From Octopus vulgaris (lineage: Eukaryota): 64,000 nt of DNA. Shown in pieces: positions 1 to 14,734 of the stretch; position 1 is the first letter of the stretch, and every line of letters begins with the position of its first letter. The position numbers were made by a program, and so were the translations under genes. The notes beneath the pieces were generated by a model that was given only the letters and a program-made list of their open reading frames with translations, was not told the origin of the DNA and made no database searches. The stretch covers positions 29,574,001-29,638,000 of the forward strand of contig OX597839.1 in assembly GCA_951406725.2 (NCBI GenBank), given 5' to 3'.

Positions 1-110
1 TGGTGGTGGTGGTGGTGGTGGTGGTGGTGGCGGTGGTGGTGGTGGTGGTGGTGGTGGTGGTGGCGGTGGTGGTGGTGGTGGCGGCGGCGGCTGTGGAGGT
101 GGTGGTGGTG
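1..110. repeat. (GGT)n trinucleotide tract, cut by the window edge
   Basis: Direct reading: tggtggtgg... with occasional ggc units. Confidence 0.95.
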
Positions 111-209
111 TGGGTGCTTGTTGTTGTAGTAGTGGTAATAATAATAATCAAATTCGTAGTTGGCATGGCGACACTTCTATGACGTCAGGGCATTTTCTTC
201 GCTGAAGCA

Positions 210-292
210 TTATATATATATATATATATATATATACATGTGTGTGTGTGAATATGTGCGTGTGTGTATATATATATGTATGACTGTATGCC

Positions 293-331
<39 letters not shown>

Positions 332-623
332 GATATAGTTATACATACACATACATGTATTTATGTGTATGTACACGCGTAATAAAACGGACATACATGC
401 ATACTTAATGTATGCACATGCATAACCACGCACTATTCATGTATGCCATCTAAATGCAATATGCGTACATGTACGCCTATGTGTATATGTCCGTGTATTG
501 TAAATATGTATGTGTATATATATATATATATATTTGTATGTACGCACGCACGTACACACACTCACATATATATATATATATGTATACACATATATGCATA
601 TGCATAAGTATACACACAAACAC

Positions 624-670
<47 letters not shown>

Positions 671-710
671 TGTATATATATATATACATATACATATACA
701 TATATATGAA
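210..710. repeat. Compound (TA)n/(CA)n/(TG)n microsatellite, representative of dozens of similar tracts in the window
   Basis: Direct reading; the [12 protein letters not shown] ORFs here are translations of these repeats. Confidence 0.9.
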
Positions 711-1261
711 CTTGTAACTGTACAAGTAATCTGTATACACACATTTAGTTCAGTTATAGAAATATATTTTTAAATAAAACTACTACTACTACTGCTACTA
801 CTACTATTTCGATAAGGGCAACAGGAACAACAACAGTTAGAAGACGACTATCAACAGATGTACATGCACGCGCGCACGCGCACACACAGAAGTCTTTCCG
901 GATTATGCGTAAGCGAAGCGCGTAACTCCTCGTGTGTCGGACACGTGATCTGACAAAGTTGTCTCTCATTCTTTACACTCTGCATTTGTCAGTCTTCCAT
1001 TTAGTGTGTGTGTGTGTGTGTGTCTGTGTGTGTGTGTGTGTGTGTGTATTTGAGCATGTGTGTGGTGTGTGTAAGGGGGAGGAAGGACTGTGTGGCTATA
1101 AGTGTATGACCGTACTTGTGTGTATAAGTACATGTGTGTGTGTGTGTGAATGCATCTGTTTATGCATGTGTCTGTCTGTATGTCTGTATGTATATATGCA
1201 TTTCTGTGAGAGTGTAAATATGTATTAATATCTGTCTGTCTGTCTATCATTTTTGACTATA

Positions 1262-1310
<49 letters not shown>

Positions 1311-1475
1311 ACATACACACATACACACATATTTATACATACACACATACACACATACATACATGCATACATACGTACAAACATGTACGCATGCGTGCAT
1401 GCATGCATGTATGTATGTATGTGTGCATGTATGCCTGTGTGTATAGAGGGATAGGTGGATGTGTATCTTTTTTGT

Positions 1476-1583
1476 TTTATCTTTTACTTGTTTCAGTCAT
1501 TAGACTGCGGCCATGCTGGGGCACTGCCTTCAAAAGTTTTAGCCGAACGAATCAAACCTGGAATTTATTCTATCAGTTTCGGC

Positions 1584-1616
<33 letters not shown>

Positions 1617-1629
1617 CACACACATATAT

Positions 1630-1685
<56 letters not shown>

Positions 1686-1824
1686 CTTCTTTCAGTTTCT
1701 GCCTACCAAATCCACACACAAGGCTATAGTAGAAGATACTTGCCTAAGGTGCTCAGCAGTGGGACTGAACCCGGAACCATGTGCTTGGGAAGCAAGCTTT
1801 TTACCACACAATCACGCCTGCGCC
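1476..1824 (-). mobile_element. tRNA-derived CORE-like SINE, family 1, partly deleted
   Basis: Aligns by eye to the full copy at 46730-47141 (ttttacttgtttcagtca...gggactgaacccggaaccatgtg). Confidence 0.85.
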
Positions 1825-1826
1825 AC

Positions 1827-1914
<88 letters not shown>

Positions 1915-1921
<7 letters not shown>

Positions 1922-2120
1922 ATTTGTGTGTGTGTTTGTCCCCCCAACATCGCTTGACAACTGATGCTGGTGTGTTTACGCCCCCGTAACTTAGCTGTTC
2001 GAGAAAAATGACTGATAGAATAAATACTAGGTTTACAAAGAATAAGTCATGGGAGATCGATTTGCTCGATTAAAGGCGGTGCTCCAGCATGGCTGCAGTC
2101 AAATGACTGAAACAACTAAA
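1915..2120 (+). mobile_element. SINE family 1, 3' half
   Basis: tttgtccccccaacatcgcttgacaac...aaggcggtgctccagcatggc...tgactgaaacaa is the reverse complement of the 46730 copy tail. Confidence 0.85.
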
Positions 2121-2159
2121 TATGTGTGTGTGTGCGTGTATGTATACACATTTATTTTG

Positions 2160-2448
2160 TTTTCAAGCCTAATACTTATTCTATCGGTCTCTTTCGCCGA
2201 ACCGGTAAGTTATGGGATGTAAGCAGACTAACACTAATTGTCAAGCTGTGATGGTTGAAGAGCGGGGGACAGACACAAAGACACACTCACACACATAATA
2301 TATACGACGGGCTTCTTTCAGTTTCCGTCTAACAAGGCTTTTTGTCAACCAGAGGTTACAGTAGAAGACACTTGCACAAAGTGCCACGCAGTGGGACTGA
2401 ACCCAGAACAATGTGGTTGAGAAGCAAGGTTCTTGCTTCTCCTACGCC
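2160..2448 (-). mobile_element. SINE family 1, partial
   Basis: tacttattctatcggtctc...gacgggcttctttcagtttccg...gggactgaaccc matches the family. Confidence 0.85.
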
Positions 2449-2464
2449 TATATTGTGTGTGTGC

Positions 2465-2513
<49 letters not shown>

Positions 2514-2517
<4 letters not shown>

Positions 2518-2739
2518 GTTGGTGCATACTTATTGCAGCGTTTTCAACAAATTTTATTCAACAAAAACCATAACAATATTTAACAAAAACATCTTTAAAT
2601 GATTATTCCGGAGCATATTCACCATCCACTTCAATTACTGCTTCCCATTTGCTTGGCAGACGGTGAGAGCATCATTTAAAGTTGCTTTTGTTGAATAAAA
2701 TTTGTTGAAAAAAGCCGCAATAATTATGCACCACCCCAA
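2514..2739 (-). mobile_element. Mariner-derived MITE retaining the transposase C-terminus
   Basis: About 50-bp TIRs (TTGGGTTGGTGCATA...ttcaacaaattttattcaacaaaa and inverse) with TA on both sides; the minus strand reads RLPSKWEAVIEVDGEYAPE*, a typical mariner C-terminus. Confidence 0.9.
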
Positions 2740-2758
2740 TATATATAATTATATATAT

Positions 2759-2803
<45 letters not shown>

Positions 2804-3111
2804 CATACATTACGCTCGCGCTCTCACATACACACACACACATGCGTACGCATATGCATATCTGCATAAATGTCTGTATGTGCATATACATGTATTTTGA
2901 ACAGATGTATACGTATACATGTAATTATTTGTGTGTGTGGGTGGGAACGTGTGTGTGTGTGTGTGTGTGTATTTAGGAGTGCCTGGATGTCTATATTCGA
3001 ATGTGTGTATGCTAGTGTGTACGTATGAATGCATGTGTGCGCACACATATATGCGTGTATGTGAATGCATATATGTCCTTATATGTGTGCGTGTGTTTGT
3101 CATTGCACATA

Positions 3112-3163
<52 letters not shown>

Positions 3164-3316
3164 CATTATATTTATATATATTATATATATATACACATAC
3201 ACATACGCACACACATATATAAACGCATATACACATGTATACATAGACACATAAACACTTATAGGCACATATACGCATACACACAGACACATACACTCAT
3301 ACACACACACACACAC

Positions 3317-3369
<53 letters not shown>

Positions 3370-4019
3370 CACAAGCACATATATATATGTATGTATTTGA
3401 ATATATGGATACGTAATCGTGTCTATGTATGGACAACTGTGTGTGTGTGTGTGTGTGTATGTGTGTGTATGTGTGTTCGTGTGCGTGTGTGTGTGTGTGT
3501 GTATTTCCTCCATTTCCATTTTTGGGGTTCGTTCAATTTTTGCTTCCTCTCTGTTTTTTTTTAATGTTTCCCCAGTACACGTGATCGATGACGTCATATC
3601 TCTCGTACGGTGTTTCCCCTCAACGCTGAGGTGTTCCGAGATACTCTGCGCGGATGTGTGTGTGCTCGCGTGTTGCTTGGAAGGTAGTAGGTGTGTGTGT
3701 GTGTGTGTGTGTGCGTATACGTGTGTATATGTGTGTGTGTGAGTGTGTGTGCGTATACGTGTGTAAATGTGTTTACGTGTGTATGTTCGTGTGTGTGTAT
3801 ACATGTGCATATGTTTGGGCGTGTGCATGTATGTTTATGTGTATGTGCTTGTGTGTTTGTATGTATACGTGTGTATATACGTGTGTGTGTGTGTGTGCAT
3901 GTACGTGTGTATGTGTTTATGTGTGTATGTATATGTGTGTATGTGTGTGTGGTGTGAGTGGCTACATTGATAATAATAAGCGTATTTGTTGGCGAATGAA
4001 CGAATAAGTGAACGAGGGA

Positions 4020-5020
4020 GTGATTGTGCGAATGAAGGAATGAATGAGTTATGTGAATGAGTGAATGAGTGAATGAGTGAGTGAGTGAGTGAGTGAGTGA
4101 GTGAGTGAGTGAGTGATTGAGTGATTGAGTGAGTGAGTGAGTGAGTGAGTGAGTGAGTGAGTGATTGAGTGAGTGAGTGAGTGAGTGAGTGAGTGAGTGA
4201 GTGAGTGAATGAGTGAGTGAGTGAGTGAGTGAGTGAGTGAATGAGTGAGTGAGTGAGTGAGTGAGTGAGTGAGTGAGTGAATGAGTGAGTGAGTGAGTGA
4301 GTGAGTGAGTGAGTGAATGAGTGAGTGAGTGAGTGAGTGAGTGAGTGAGTGAGTGAGTGAGTGAGTGAGTGAATGAGTGAATGAGTGAGTGAGTGAGTGA
4401 GTGATTGAGTGAGTGAGTGAGTGAGTGAGTGAGTGAGTGAGTGAGTGAGTGAGTGAGTGAGTGAGTGAGTGATTGAGTGAGTGAGTGAGTGAGTGAATGA
4501 GTGAGTGAGTGAGTGAGTGAGTGAGTGAGTGAGTGAATGAGTGAAGTGAGTGAGTGAGTGAGTGAGTGAGTGAGTGAGTGAGTGAGTGAGTGAGTGAGTG
4601 AGTGAGTGAGTGAGTGAGTGAGTGAGTGAGTGAGTGATTGAGTGAGTGAGTGAGTGAGTGAGTGAGTGAGTGAGTGAGTGAGTGAGTGATTGAGTGATTG
4701 AGTGAGTGAGTGAGTGAGTGAGTGAGTGAGTGAGTGAATGAGTGAGTGAGTGAATGAGTGAATGAGTGAGTGAGTGAGTGAGTGAGTGAATGAGTGAATG
4801 AGTGAGTGAGTGAGTGAGTGAATGAGTGAGTGAGTGAGTGAGTGAGTGAGTGAATGAGTGAGTGAGTGAGTGAGTGAGTGAGTGAGTGAATGAGTGAGTG
4901 AGTGAATGAGTGAATGAGTGAGTGAGTGAGTGAGTGAGTGAGTGAGTGAGTGATTGAGTGAGTGAGTGAGTGAGTGAGTGAGTGAGTGAGTGAGTGAGTG
5001 AGTGAGTGAGTGAGTGAGTG
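4020..5020. repeat. About 1-kb (GAGT)n tetranucleotide tract with GAAT/GATT variants
   Basis: Direct reading; source of the HSLT-repeat ORFs. Confidence 0.97.
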
Positions 5021-5031
5021 GTGGTGATGGA

Positions 5032-5082
<51 letters not shown>

Positions 5083-5095
5083 ATGTATGTATATA

Positions 5096-5134
<39 letters not shown>

Positions 5135-5159
5135 TATATGTGTATGTGTACATACTTAC

Positions 5160-5258
<99 letters not shown>

Positions 5259-5312
5259 TATATATATATATATGTATATATGTATATATATATATGCACA
5301 TATGTGTATGTG

Positions 5313-5359
<47 letters not shown>

Positions 5360-5512
5360 CGGGAAGCTTTATGAAAATAAACAAAAGACGAAGGCAGGTG
5401 GAAAACAAACGAACAATTGTATTAGTATGGCGCTCAGGAAATATAAATAAAACAAGTCTTTAACGTTTCGAGCCTACGCTCTTCAACAGAAAGATACACA
5501 GAGAGAGAAACG
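5360..5512 (-). mobile_element. (TA)n-embedded short element, family A, with hammerhead motif at 5457-5494
   Basis: Flanked by (TA)n on both sides; homologous to 31630-31825 and 37801-37978. Minus strand: ucuuu-CUGUUGA-a-gagc(guag)gcuc-GAAACGUU-aaaga. Confidence 0.8.
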
Positions 5513-5538
5513 TATATATATATATGTATATATATATA

Positions 5539-5654
<116 letters not shown>

Positions 5655-5687
5655 ATATATATATATATATGCATATATGTGTATGTG

Positions 5688-6042
<355 letters not shown>

Positions 6043-6056
6043 TATATATATATATG

Positions 6057-6124
<68 letters not shown>

Positions 6125-6557
6125 CATATATATATGTGCATATATACATACGTATACACACACACACACACACACACACACCTAAAGGTGCTGAAAGAAT
6201 TCAATGCGAGAAGGCCTGTCGACATGAATTTCGAAAACAAAGTGAATCGAGAGCGTACTGAACGATAAACGTGTTTTCTTTAACAATAACTATAAACGTA
6301 ACCCAGCGATTCGAAACGAGAAAGGGAAATGAATTTATTATAAATTAAGAATAAATTCAACATTGAATTATGATGACGGGCTTCGGAAGTGAATGGCAGC
6401 CATGGACACCGCGTTTTTGCCTCGATTTGGCTTCATTAGATCTGCATTGTTGTTCTTGCTTCCTTTCACCTCCAGAAGATTTAGATTATTTGCATAATTT
6501 TACATGTATGTACATATATGGATAGACCTCTTTCTCTCTCTTTTTCTCTCTCGCTCC

Positions 6558-6558
6558 A

Positions 6559-6646
<88 letters not shown>

Positions 6647-6664
6647 AATCTATCTATCTATCTA
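6558..6664. repeat. (TCTA)n tract; further tracts at 25603-25735, 36830-36893 and 48517-48868
   Basis: Direct reading. Confidence 0.95.
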
Positions 6665-6705
6665 ACATTGTAATCTGGTATGTATGTATGTATGTATGTA
6701 TGTAT

Positions 6706-6733
6706 GTAGACGGAAACTGGAAGAAACCCGTCG

Positions 6734-6801
<68 letters not shown>

Positions 6802-6915
6802 TGTGTTTGTCGCACTCACCATCACTTGACAACCGATGTATGTGTGTTTACGTCTCCGTAACATGGCGGTTCGTCAAAAGAGTCCGATAGAATAAGTACT
6901 AGGCTTACAAAGAAT
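6706..6915 (+). mobile_element. SINE family 1 internal fragment
   Basis: gtagacggaaactggaagaaacccgtcg...gatagaataagtactaggcttacaaagaata. Confidence 0.8.
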
Positions 6916-6940
6916 ATCTATCTGTCCATCTATATATGTG

Positions 6941-7205
6941 TGAAGGCGCATGGTTTAGTGGTCAGAGTGTTGCGCTCACGATTGCAAGATCGTGGGTTCG
7001 ATTCCCAGACCTAGCGTTGCGTTGTGTTCTTGAGCAAAGCACTTCATTTCACGTTGCTCTGCGATCATTTCGTCATCTGACATGTGGCACACGGTGTACC
7101 TGGACAGGTAATGTTGATTTGATTGAGGGAGTGAGCTTATGTGTACACAAACATTGATCACTATAAACAAATCACCCTCATACGTTGTCTAACAACGGGA
7201 GTCCA
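6941..7205 (+). mobile_element. tRNA-derived CORE-like SINE, family 3-related
   Basis: A box tggtttagtgg, B box ggttcgattcc, then CORE-like gttcttgagcaaagcacttc. Confidence 0.75.
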
Positions 7206-7208
7206 TAA

Positions 7209-7252
<44 letters not shown>

Positions 7253-7462
7253 TACGGACATACACACACATATATATATGTGTGTGTAAGTATACATACA
7301 TAAACACTAATATTCTCATCCAAAAAGGACACGAGTAGCAACAGTTCGAATTGGTACATTTGAAGAATTGTGAAGATCTCTTTACATGAAGGCATTGGTT
7401 GCCTAGTTAACTCACAAATAATACATATAAATATATACATACATATATACACGCACACACAC

Positions 7463-7634
7463 AGGCGCAAGTATGGCTGTAGTAAAAAGCTTGCTTCTCA
7501 ACCACATGGTTCTGGGTTCAGTCCCACTACGTGGCACCTTGGACAAGTGTGTGCGACTATAGCCCCGGGCCGACCAAAGCCTTGTGAGTGGATTTGGCAG
7601 ACAGAAACTGAAAGAAGACCGTGGTATATGTATG

Positions 7635-7712
<78 letters not shown>

Positions 7713-7713
7713 G

Positions 7714-7799
<86 letters not shown>

Positions 7800-8019
7800 T
7801 GTATGTATGTATGTATGTATGTATGTATGTATGTGTTTGTGTGTTTGTGTGTGTGTGTTTGTCTCCACAACATCGCTTGACAACCAATGTTGGTGTGTTT
7901 ACGTCCCCGAAACATAGCGGTTCGGCAAAAGACAATGATAGAATGAGTCCTGGGATCGATTTGTTCGACCAAGGGCGGTTCTCCAAAATGACTGAAATAA
8001 TTAAAAGAATAAAAGAATA

Positions 8020-8020
<1 letters not shown>
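7463..8020 (+). mobile_element. SINE family 1, near full length, with expanded internal microsatellite
   Basis: Head ggcgcaag...ggttcagtcccac, CORE-like ccttggacaagtg, tail tgactgaaa...aaaagaataaaagaata. Confidence 0.9.
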
Positions 8021-8084
<64 letters not shown>

Positions 8085-8089
<5 letters not shown>

Positions 8090-8321
8090 GCTGTTCAAAA
8101 GATCTCTCCGCAGTAAGTATTTAATGGTTTTCCGGCGATTCTTCTACACTGATCCTTTACTTGCTCCCCAGGAAAAAAAAAGTCTGGCGGTGTTAAGTTA
8201 GGTGACGTTGGTGGTCAAAGTCCCTTCGAAATAATCCGTTCACTGAAAAACTCTCGAAGTAGCGCCATGGTGATGCGCAGGGTGAAAAATTTCACTGCGG
8301 AGAGACTTTTTGAACCCCGTG
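8085..8321 (-). mobile_element. Tc1/mariner-derived MITE
   Basis: TIRs gttcaaaagatctctccgcagt / actgcggagagactttttgaac; the internal minus strand reads roughly PPTSPNLTPPDFFF, a decayed WPPRSPDLTPLDFF motif. Confidence 0.8.
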
Positions 8322-8744
8322 TATATGCCAATGAAGCTAAATCAAGGAGGAAACACAGTGTCCATAGTTAATAACACACACATTTGTACCCTTTCAACAT
8401 ACATCTGTGCTCTCTTTAAACATACGTATCCGTATATACTTTAATTTACACTTGTTTATATATACAAACGTGTGTCAATGAACACAGTCATTTCAAAAGT
8501 AAACAGACACCCTCGCTTTTGAATGCTTTATCTCTTGAAGCAAAATAATGTCATTTGAGATATTAAAATACTTAATCTCGTAGGCAGGCCTCGAGCAGAT
8601 TTTAATGGTTTAGCCTGTCTGTGTTTCATACTAAGGAGGAGAGTTCGTTCAGAGAGAACCGTACAATGAGACGTGTTTATTTACTTTTGGCACTGGTTTC
8701 TCTCTTTCAAACAAAGCTCCCCCTGGATTGGACGCCATTGTACG

Positions 8745-10400
8745 GCATCCACTAGGCCTCTCTCGCATCCACCAGGCCTCCCTCGCATCCACCAGGCCTC
8801 TCTCGCATCCACCAGGCCTCTCTCGCATCCACCAGGCCTCTCTCGCATCCTCCAGGCCTCTCTCGCATCCACCAGGCCTCTCTCGCATCCACCAGGCCTC
8901 CCTCGCATCCACCAGGCCTCTCTCGCATCCACCGGGCCTCTCTCGCATCCACCAGGCCTCTCTCATCGCATCCACCAGGCCTCTCTCGCATCCACCAGGC
9001 CTCCTCTCGCATCCACCAGGCCTCTCTCGCATCCACCAGGCCTCTCTCGCATCCCTCGCACCAGGCCTCTCTCGCATCCACCAGGCCTCTCTCGCATCCA
9101 CCAGGCCTCTCTCGCATCAAACCAGGCCTCTCTCGCATCCACCAGGCCTCTCTCGCATCCACCAGGCCTCTCTCGCATCCACCAGGCCTCTCTCGCATCC
9201 ACCAGGCCTCTCTCGCAACCACCAGGCCTCTCTCGCATCCTCCAGGCCTCTCTCGCATCCTCCAGGCCTCTCTCGCATCCACCAGGCCTCTCTCGCATCC
9301 ACCAGGCCTCTCTCGCATCCACCAGGCCTCTCTCGCATCCACCAGGCCTCTCTCGCATCCACCAGGCCTCTCTCGCATCCACCAGGCCTCTCTCGCATCG
9401 CATCCCGACCAGGCCTCTCTCGCATCCTCCAGGCCTCTCTCGCATCCACCAGGCCTCCCTCGCAGGCCTCTCGCATCGCATCCTCCATCCACCAGGCCTC
9501 TCTCGCATCCACCAGGCCTCTCTCGCATCCACCAGGCCTCTCTCGCATCCACCAGGCCTCTCTCGCATCCACCAGGCCTCTCTCGCATCCACCAGGCCTC
9601 TCTCGCATCCACCAGGCCTCTCTCGCATCCACCAGGCCTCTCTCGCATCCACCAGGCCTCTCTCGCATCCACCAGGCCTCTCTCGCATCCACCAGGCCTC
9701 TCTCGCATCCACCAGGCCTCTCTCGCATCCACCAGGCCTCTCTCGCATCCACCAGGCCTCTCTCGCATCCACCAGGCCTCTCTCGCATCCACCAGGCCTC
9801 CCTCGCATCAACCAGGCCTCTCTCGCATCCACCAGGCCTCTCTCGCATCCACCAGGCCTCCCTCGCATCCACCAGGCCTCTCTCTCATCCACCAGGCCTC
9901 TCTCGCATCCACCAGGCCTCTCTCGCATCCACCAGGCCTCTCTCGCATCCACCAGGCCTCTCTCGCATCCACCAGGCCTCCCTCGCATCCTCCAGGCCTC
10001 TCTCGCATCCACCAGGCCTCTCTCGCATCCACCAGGCCTCTCTCGCATCCACCAGGCCTCTCTCGCATCCACCAGGCCTCTCTCGCATCCACCAGGCCTC
10101 TCTCGCATCCACCAGGCCTCTCTCGCATCCACCAGGCCTCTCTCGCATCCACCAGGCCTCTCTCGCATCCACCAGGCCTCTCCTCGCATCCACCAGGCCT
10201 CTCTCGCATCCACCAGGCCTCTCTCGCATCTACCAGGCCTCTCTCGCATCCACCAGGCCTCTCTCGCATCCACCAGGCCTCTCTCGCATCCACCAGGCCT
10301 CTCTCGCATCCACCAGGCCTCTCTCGCATCCACCAGGCCTCTCTCGCATCCCCAGGCCTCTCTCGCATCCACCAGGCCTCTCTCGCATCCACCAGGGGCC
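8745..10400. repeat. GC-rich minisatellite, 20-bp unit GCATCCACCAGGCCTCTCTC, roughly 80 copies
   Basis: Direct reading; near-perfect units with a few indels clustered around 8960-9490. Confidence 0.97.
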
Positions 10401-11129
10401 TCTCTTACCAGGCCTCTCTTGCACAGATTTTCATTATAAAGTGAAAACGAAAGAATAAAACACGTGTTAAACAAACGAAAAACAACCAGGCTTCAACTCT
10501 AATCTCAATTTTAAAAGCATGTTTTATATTTTCTCCCCTAATCTCTAAGTTAATTGAGGGATTAATTAATTTAACAAGTAATTGACTAATTACCAATTTA
10601 AAAAACTGCTTGTAGTGCGGTCTCTACATCACTAGATAATTTGGCGGAGGAATGAGGGCTTGATCTTTACAAGAGTGCGTATATAACATTGGTAGATATG
10701 TATGTGTACAGCCATGCATATATTTACATACATGCATTCATTCATACATATATGCACACATACACGCGCGCGCGCACATACACCCCTGCATATACCCGCA
10801 CACAAAGTATTTTTGAAGTCACACGTGCAACATACACATACACATGTACATAGATATACATGCACACACACAAACACTCATGCACACACACATACAAGTT
10901 CCCAGTGGAACCAAGCTTACTCAAATTAGCATCTGCAAGCGTGGAATGAAACTGATATACGAAGGGCCAGAAAATTTGAAGGGTGTATAAAGTGCATATT
11001 TTTAAAGGGGATAAACGAATCATGTATGATTAAAGTATATACATTGTGTGTATATTTAGATGGTATTCAGATGTAATACACACACACACACATGTATGTA
11101 TATATATATATATGCATAAGAACCGTCCT

Positions 11130-11420
11130 TCCTAACCACATGGTCCCGGGTTCAGTCCCACTGCGTGGCACCTTGGGCAAGTGTCATCTGCTATAGCTTC
11201 GGGCCGACCGAAGCCCTGTGGGAGGATTCGGTAGACGGAAACTGGAAGAAACCCGTCGTATATATGTGTTTGTGTGTGTGTGTTAAGAAGCTTGCTTCCC
11301 AACCACTTGGTTCCGGGTTCAGTCCCACTTCGTGGCACCTTGGGCAAGTGTCTTCTACTCGTGCCGACCAAACCGTTGTGAGTGGATTTGGTAGACGGAA
11401 ACTGAAGGAAGCCCGTCCTA
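11130..11420 (+). mobile_element. Two tandem SINE family 1 head/core fragments
   Basis: gggttcagtcccac...ggcaccttgggcaagtgtc...gtagacggaaactg occurs twice, at about 11147 and 11315. Confidence 0.85.
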
Positions 11421-11657
11421 CCCCCACTAATGTCTTTAAGTATAACGCCTACGCAGCGACTGCCGGTCGCCACTGACCAGCCCAGATTTTCCCACTCCCA
11501 CCCCCTCAAGAACTCACAACGACCTCGAATACACAAGTGCAAACAAGGGAGTCAGAGAAAGGCAGAATGCCACATATATCTGAACACTACTATGGAAGTA
11601 TTCCTTTAAAAATACCTTTCTTCTAATTTTTCTAAATTTTTCAAAATTTAATTATTT

Positions 11658-11710
11658 AATCGTTACAGTTGAAAAGGTCTCAAAATGACCGAAACCGGTA
11701 CTGAAAGATT
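11658..11710 (+). ncRNA. Minimal type-I hammerhead ribozyme motif, U3-A8 variant
   Basis: cag-UUGAAAA-GGUC(ucaaaau)GACC-GAAA-CCGG-UA-cug: stems I and II pair, stem III is palindromic, and stem I extends via aatc/gatt. A T-rich tail and (TA)n follow. Confidence 0.75.
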
Positions 11711-11752
11711 CACTATAAAATCATCTTAGCATTTTCTATTTTTGACTTGTTT

Positions 11753-13620
<1,868 letters not shown>

Positions 13621-13929
13621 AACTCACGCACACACACGCGCGCGCGCGCGACGGGCTTCTTTCAATTTCCATCTACCAACTGAACTCGGTGTATATATGT
13701 ATGTGTGTGTATATATATATATACGTGTGTGTGTGTGTGTACACATGTATGCAACGACAGACACGCACACATAAGGACGGTCATACATTTACATACACGC
13801 ATATATGTGCGCACACACATGCATCCATATATACACTCAAATATACAAATTCGAATATGCAGGAGCCCCTAAATGTAATCGACTTACCCCTCCCACCAAA
13901 TTTCAGGCCTTGCGCCTTTAGTAGAAAAG

Positions 13930-14030
13930 ATCATCATCATCATCATCATCATTATTATTATTATTATCATTATTATTATTATTATCATTATTATTATTAT
14001 TATCATTATTATTATTATCATTATTATTTC
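13930..14030. repeat. (CAT)n/(TAT)n compound tract at the tail of a family 2 SINE remnant
   Basis: Direct reading; preceded by gtaatcgacttacccctc...caggccttg. Confidence 0.85.
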
Positions 14031-14229
14031 TGTTGTTGTTTAGCCCTAGGTCAACAGTAATTGAGCAGAACTCAGATGACATACATTCTATCAGTGGCCA
14101 TATCGCATCATCCCTTATGCAGGGAATATTTTCCTACACTATCCAAAGTGCTTTACGGTTCTTTAAGCTGGTTGGTAAGTGATTTAAGGGAGTCTAGCAG
14201 TATCATCCGGTGTTGCTTGGGTTTGTTTC

Positions 14230-14549
14230 AACCCTTTAGAATTGGAATTTTTGAAAAGTAAAAATTTTGCATTATGCAACTTGTTATTCTTTTCAAGTGA
14301 ACATTTTTTCTGGTTGAAATACACCGAAAAATGGCGATACAGCTGTCAAAAAATCGTAAAAAATAGGGATTTTCATAGAAAAATAAGCACCTTTTTGATG
14401 TAAATAATTTTTGGTGTTAACATGGTCGGATTTGAAGAGCAAGCCGTCTTCTATCATACTCTCAATTTTGGTCAACTTGTGCCGCAGGGTCTCGGAGGAG
14501 ATAGTGTTTGTTGAAGGCTACCAAACCTGCCACACACAGACAACTTCAG

Positions 14550-14560
<11 letters not shown>
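14230..14560 (+). mobile_element. Possible non-autonomous Helitron/Helentron-like (HINE) fragment
   Basis: Ends ...acacacagacaacttcagctttatatata, similar in layout to 18486-18635; family assignment is from memory. Confidence 0.35.
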
Positions 14561-14593
<33 letters not shown>

Positions 14594-14659
14594 TCACATT
14601 TATTTGCAAGTAGGTAACCCTCTGTTTTAAATTTTTCTGGGTTCATAGGATTATGCTCA

Positions 14660-14734
14660 AGAGAGATTGACCAGAGAGGAAAGTGTTAGTCTCCAATCCT
14701 TTCAGACGCGTCCACCAGATACATTCTTTCGCCA
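14660..14734 (-). pseudogene. Short Tx1-like ORF2 C-terminal fragment
   Basis: MAKECIWWTRLKGLETNTFLSGQSL is homologous to TKEAVWWT...LKTGIFLSGQDL at 13465-13540. Confidence 0.75.

Noticed and set aside
3594-5408. 604-aa and 488-aa ORFs, and all [12 protein letters not shown] ORFs
   Set aside because: Translations of stop-free microsatellites, with no domain content.
8664-8753. Signal-peptide-like MRRVYLLLALVSLFQ
   Set aside because: Stops after 29 codons at the array edge, with no supporting splice donor.
8673-10474. 500-590 aa ORFs on both strands
   Set aside because: The 20-bp unit lacks stop codons in every frame, so long ORFs are automatic.
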